From Gammaproteobacteria bacterium (lineage in GTDB: Bacteria > Pseudomonadota > Gammaproteobacteria > SURF-13): a stretch of 52,531 nt of DNA. Positions within the stretch are counted from its first letter, which is position 1, and every line of letters begins with the position of its first letter. This document shows positions 49,430-52,531 of this stretch, piece by piece. The notes under the pieces are model-generated. The model made no database searches. It was given only the letters and a program-made list of their open reading frames with translations, and was not told where the DNA came from. The DNA is taken from contig JAURVQ010000046.1 of assembly GCA_030655395.1 (NCBI GenBank), positions 1-52,531 of the forward strand. Reading direction: 5' to 3'. The translations under genes and the position numbers were made by a program.

Positions 49430-50767
49430 ATGACTGAAGGTCAACGCGAAGGTAGTCTGGAGGCGCCCACCCGTCACGCCCTGGACTGGAAAAACCCCGA
49501 GTTTTACAACGAACCCGCGCTGCTGCATGAGCTCGAGCGGGTGTTCGACATCTGCCACGGCTGCCGCCGTTGTTTCAATCTGTGCCAGTCGTTTCCGACG
49601 CTGTTCGATGCCATCGACGAGTCACCCACGATGGAACTCGACAGCGTGGACAAAAAGGTTTACTGGGACGTGGTGAATCACTGCTATCTGTGCGACATGT
49701 GCTTTATGACCAAGTGTCCTTATGTGCCGCCGCACCCGTTCAACATCGACTTCCCCCATCTCATGTTGCGCGCCAAGGCGGTGAAGTATCAGAAGGGTGA
49801 TGTAAAGACGCGCGACAGGATTCTCACCAGCACCGATACCGTAGGCAAGCTCGCCGGTATCCCGGTGGTCGTGCAAATGGTCAACGCGGCGAATAAAAAC
49901 AAGGCGGCGCGTAAAATGCTGGATATAACACTGGGCGTACATCCGGACGCCTTCGTGCCGGAATATCACAGCGACACGCTGCACAAGCGCGAACGTGCGC
50001 GCGAGCGTCTGGAGGCCGAGGCGGCGCCCACGGCGAATACGCGCGGCAAGGTGGCGTTGTTCGCCACCTGTTACGGCAACTACAACGAGCCGCAACTGGG
50101 CCAGGATTTGATTGCGATCTTCGAGCACAACGGCATCCCGGTGCGGCTGGCGGAAAAAGAGCAATGCTGCGGCATGCCCAAGCTGGAGCTCGGCGATCTG
50201 GAGGCGGTGGCGCGCGCCAAGGACGCCAACATCCCGCTACTGGCGCAACTGGTGGACGCGGGCTGGGACATCGTCGCGCCGGTGCCGTCGTGCGTGCTGA
50301 TGTTCAAGCAGGAACTGCCGCTCATGTTCCCCGATGATAAGGATGTGCAGAAGGTAAAAAACGCGATCTACGATCCGTTTGAATACCTCATGCTGCGACA
50401 CAAGGACGGCGTGCTTAAAAAAGACTTCAAAAAATCACTCGGCAAGGTGTCGTACCACGTGTCCTGCCACTTGCGCGTGCAGAACATGGGGCTCAAGACG
50501 CGCGATCTGTTGCAGCTGGTACCCAATACCCAGGTGGAGCCGATAGACCGCTGCTCCGGCCACAACGGCACCTACGCCGCGAAGACCGAATATCATGCGC
50601 ATGCGATGAAGATCGGCAAACCGGTGGTGGAGCGCATAGCGAAGTCAGGCGCTGACCATTACACCAGCGATTGTCCGATTGCCGGCCATCACCTGGCGGA
50701 GGGGCTTGCCAACGGCTCGCACCCCACGCACCCGCTTACCTTGTTACGTACTGCTTACGGAATCTGA
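49430..50767 (+). CDS. Rubrerythrin-associated Fe-S oxidoreductase (GlpC/HdrD-like)
   Basis: CHGCRRCFNLC, CYLCDMC...CP, CCG domains. Confidence 0.9.
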   Translation: MTEGQREGSLEAPTRHALDWKNPEFYNEPALLHELERVFDICHGCRRCFNLCQSFPTLFDAIDESPTMELDSVDKKVYWDVVNHCYLCDMCFMTKCPYVPPHPFNIDFPHLMLRAKAVKYQKGDVKTRDRILTSTDTVGKLAGIPVVVQMVNAANKNKAARKMLDITLGVHPDAFVPEYHSDTLHKRERARERLEAEAAPTANTRGKVALFATCYGNYNEPQLGQDLIAIFEHNGIPVRLAEKEQCCGMPKLELGDLEAVARAKDANIPLLAQLVDAGWDIVAPVPSCVLMFKQELPLMFPDDKDVQKVKNAIYDPFEYLMLRHKDGVLKKDFKKSLGKVSYHVSCHLRVQNMGLKTRDLLQLVPNTQVEPIDRCSGHNGTYAAKTEYHAHAMKIGKPVVERIAKSGADHYTSDCPIAGHHLAEGLANGSHPTHPLTLLRTAYGI

Positions 50768-50772
50768 ACGCC

Positions 50773-51078
50773 ATGGCCAACGAGGGTTATCACGAAGCCG
50801 TAGAAAACCTGAGTGATGCGACGCGCGACATGCACCGCGCGATTGTCTCGCTCATGGAGGAGCTGGAGGCGGTGGACTGGTACAACCAGCGCGTGGACGC
50901 CTGCAAGGACGACGAACTGCGCGCCGTGCTGGCGCACAACCGCGATGAGGAGAAGGAGCACGCGGCCATGGTGCTGGAGTGGATACGGCGCCGTGATCCT
51001 GTGTTCGACAAGGAATTACGCGACTATCTCTTCACCGACAAGCCGCTGGCCGCGCTGGAAGCCAAGCATAAGCCATGA
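50773..51078 (+). CDS. Encapsulin-associated-type ferritin-like protein
   Basis: YHE...LS, RAIVSLMEELEAVDWYNQR, HNRDEEKEHAAM.LEW.RR. Confidence 0.9.
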   Translation: MANEGYHEAVENLSDATRDMHRAIVSLMEELEAVDWYNQRVDACKDDELRAVLAHNRDEEKEHAAMVLEWIRRRDPVFDKELRDYLFTDKPLAALEAKHKP

Positions 51079-51677
51079 CAGGAATTGAAACGATGAAAAA
51101 ACTCAGCCGCGACATGCTGTACCCGCTGGAGCAGTACGCGCGCATGCGTAACGAATTCCGCGTCAGGGTCATGGAGCATAAAACTCACCGCCGTGTGCCG
51201 GTAGGGCCGCACGCCACGCTGTATTTCGAAGACCTGTTCACCATGCACTACCAGGTGCAGGAGATGCTGCGTGCGGAGCGCATCTTCGAGGAAGAGGGCA
51301 TCCTCGAAGAGATCGAGGCCTACAATCCGCTCGTGCCCGATGGCGCCAACTGGAAGGCGACCTTCATGATCCAGTACGACGACGAGGGTGAGCGCCGCAC
51401 CGCGCTGGCGCGCATGATCGGCATTGAAGACCGTGTGTGGGTGAAGGTGGATGGCCATGAACACGTGTGGGCGGTTGCCGATGAGGACCTGGAGCGCGAG
51501 AATGAGCAAAAGACTTCCTCGGTGCATTTTCTACGCTTCGAGCTGACGCCGGCGATGGCCGCCGCGGCCAAGGCCGGCGCCGCCATCGGTGTGGGCATCG
51601 AGCACCCGGCGTACTGCCATCAGGTCGATCCGGTGCCGGACGATGTGCGCGTGTCGCTGGTGCAGGATATTGATTAA
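51075..51677 (+). CDS. DUF3501 family protein
   Basis: YQVQEMLRAE.I, AYNPL.PDG..WKAT, KTSSVHFLRFEL; known rubrerythrin neighbour. Confidence 0.9.
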   Translation: MTGIETMKKLSRDMLYPLEQYARMRNEFRVRVMEHKTHRRVPVGPHATLYFEDLFTMHYQVQEMLRAERIFEEEGILEEIEAYNPLVPDGANWKATFMIQYDDEGERRTALARMIGIEDRVWVKVDGHEHVWAVADEDLERENEQKTSSVHFLRFELTPAMAAAAKAGAAIGVGIEHPAYCHQVDPVPDDVRVSLVQDID

Positions 51678-51818
51678 GGGCACCTCTAAAAATGTGTCTT
51701 TTGCTCCAATACTGCGTTGCAGCTTGTCTGCGCTGCTCACATACTGACGTGTATGCTGCGCTGCTCGCCTGCGCTGCGCCTTGTCTTGAAGCAAAATCCA
51801 TCATTTTTAGAGGCACCC
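51678..51818. mobile_element. 141-bp MITE flanked by TTAA
   Basis: Terminal inverted repeats GGGCACCTCTAAAAATG / CATTTTTAGAGGCACCC; TTAA at 51674-51677 and 51819-51822; palindromic interior. Confidence 0.75.
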
Positions 51819-51832
51819 TTAATTCCGGCGTG

Positions 51833-52363
51833 ATGCACCTTCGCCTCCCTGCGCTGTTGTTTCTGGTTGCATTGTTGCCCGGCCCGCTTGCCGCGGCGCC
51901 CTACGAGCGCGAATATGATGAGCCCGCGCCGTGGACTGAAGACGTCAAGACATTGCCTGCGCTGCCGCAGGAAGACGATCTCATTGCGCTCGACGTGGAC
52001 GGGCCGCAGCGCAACTTCAAACACTACATCGACGGCAAATCCGTGGCGACGTACGCTGACAGCGTAGTCACCTACACCGTCGTCATCGTCTCAGACAGCG
52101 GCGTAAAAAATATTTTCTTTGAAGGCATGCGCTGCGATATGGGGCGCTACAAGACCTACGCTTACGGCAGCGGCGATGGCGCCTTCCAACAGAGCCTGAC
52201 GGCCGCATGGCAGCGGGTGCGCACGCGTAGCGGCCCGACCAATTACCGCAGTGACCTGCTGCGTTACTACCTGTGTGATGCCGCCGGGTTTCCGCTCAAG
52301 CCGGAACAGATCATCGACCGCCTGAAGCGCCCGCAGATCATTCCCCCACGCAATAACGGCTGA
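51833..52363 (+). CDS. CNP1-like family periplasmic protein
   Basis: Signal peptide, W.E....LP..P, ID..S, YT.V..S.SG..N..FEG.RC...YK.YA.G. Start moved downstream of the MITE. Confidence 0.8.
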   Translation: MHLRLPALLFLVALLPGPLAAAPYEREYDEPAPWTEDVKTLPALPQEDDLIALDVDGPQRNFKHYIDGKSVATYADSVVTYTVVIVSDSGVKNIFFEGMRCDMGRYKTYAYGSGDGAFQQSLTAAWQRVRTRSGPTNYRSDLLRYYLCDAAGFPLKPEQIIDRLKRPQIIPPRNNG

Positions 52364-52377
52364 CCACTGTGGCATCC

Positions 52378-52525
52378 ACTCAGGAGACACAATACGGATA
52401 TACTGCTGGCCAAGGTGTCTCCTGAGCAAAAACCTGTCAACTCTACCCCCACCCTGCCCCGCCCCCTCAATAGGGGGCGGGAACGTGGCGGAAAGTGCTG
52501 CTATATATATGACTTATGAGTAACT
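52378..52525. repeat. About 150-bp dispersed structured repeat, copy 2 (inverted)
   Basis: ACTCAGGAGACACA...TGTCTCCTGAG, CTACCCCCACCCTG.CCCGCCCCCT..AGGGGGCGGG, TGACTTATGAGTAACT; reverse complement of 45227-45380. Confidence 0.75.
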
Positions 52526-52531
52526 ACGACG

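Noticed and set aside
51692-51832. Cys-rich N terminus of the last ORF
   Set aside because: It is translated MITE sequence; the signal peptide begins at ATG 51833.
45227-52525. Composite transposon
   Set aside because: No transposase is present, the repeats are diverged, and no flanking target duplication is evident.

Overview
GC-rich chromosomal segment, inferred from gene content and order to be from a gammaproteobacterium, probably an autotroph. Core blocks in order: gpmI (partial)/rhodanese-grxC-secB-gpsA; trmL; pyrD; purU; glnA...ntrBC with sigma54 and NtrC sites; glyQS-gmhB-plsC; tsaD/rpsU-yqeY-dnaG-rpoD; rimO; metK-ahcY-metF; prk-tkt-gap-pgk-pyk-fba; and a rubrerythrin/Fe-S oxidoreductase/ferritin-like/DUF3501 cluster. 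Two features stand out. (1) A tRNA-Ile(CAU) gene missing from the ORF track is split right after the anticodon by a 236-nt ORF-less group I intron, and a free-standing, AT-richer HNH endonuclease gene lies divergently about 130 bp upstream. This is a candidate chromosomal 'collaborative homing' pair. (2) A stand-alone two-gene unit encodes a Tat-exported metallophosphoesterase-fold protein with altered metal motifs and a monoheme cytochrome c with SoxA/TsdA-like motifs. Smaller signals include a gpsA 3'-end duplication flanking a two-gene cassette, several REP/MITE families, an in-frame palindromic insertion in glyS, a non-proteobacterial-type phosphoribulokinase and an orphan encapsulin-type ferritin. 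All family calls come from motif recognition by eye; no searches were run.
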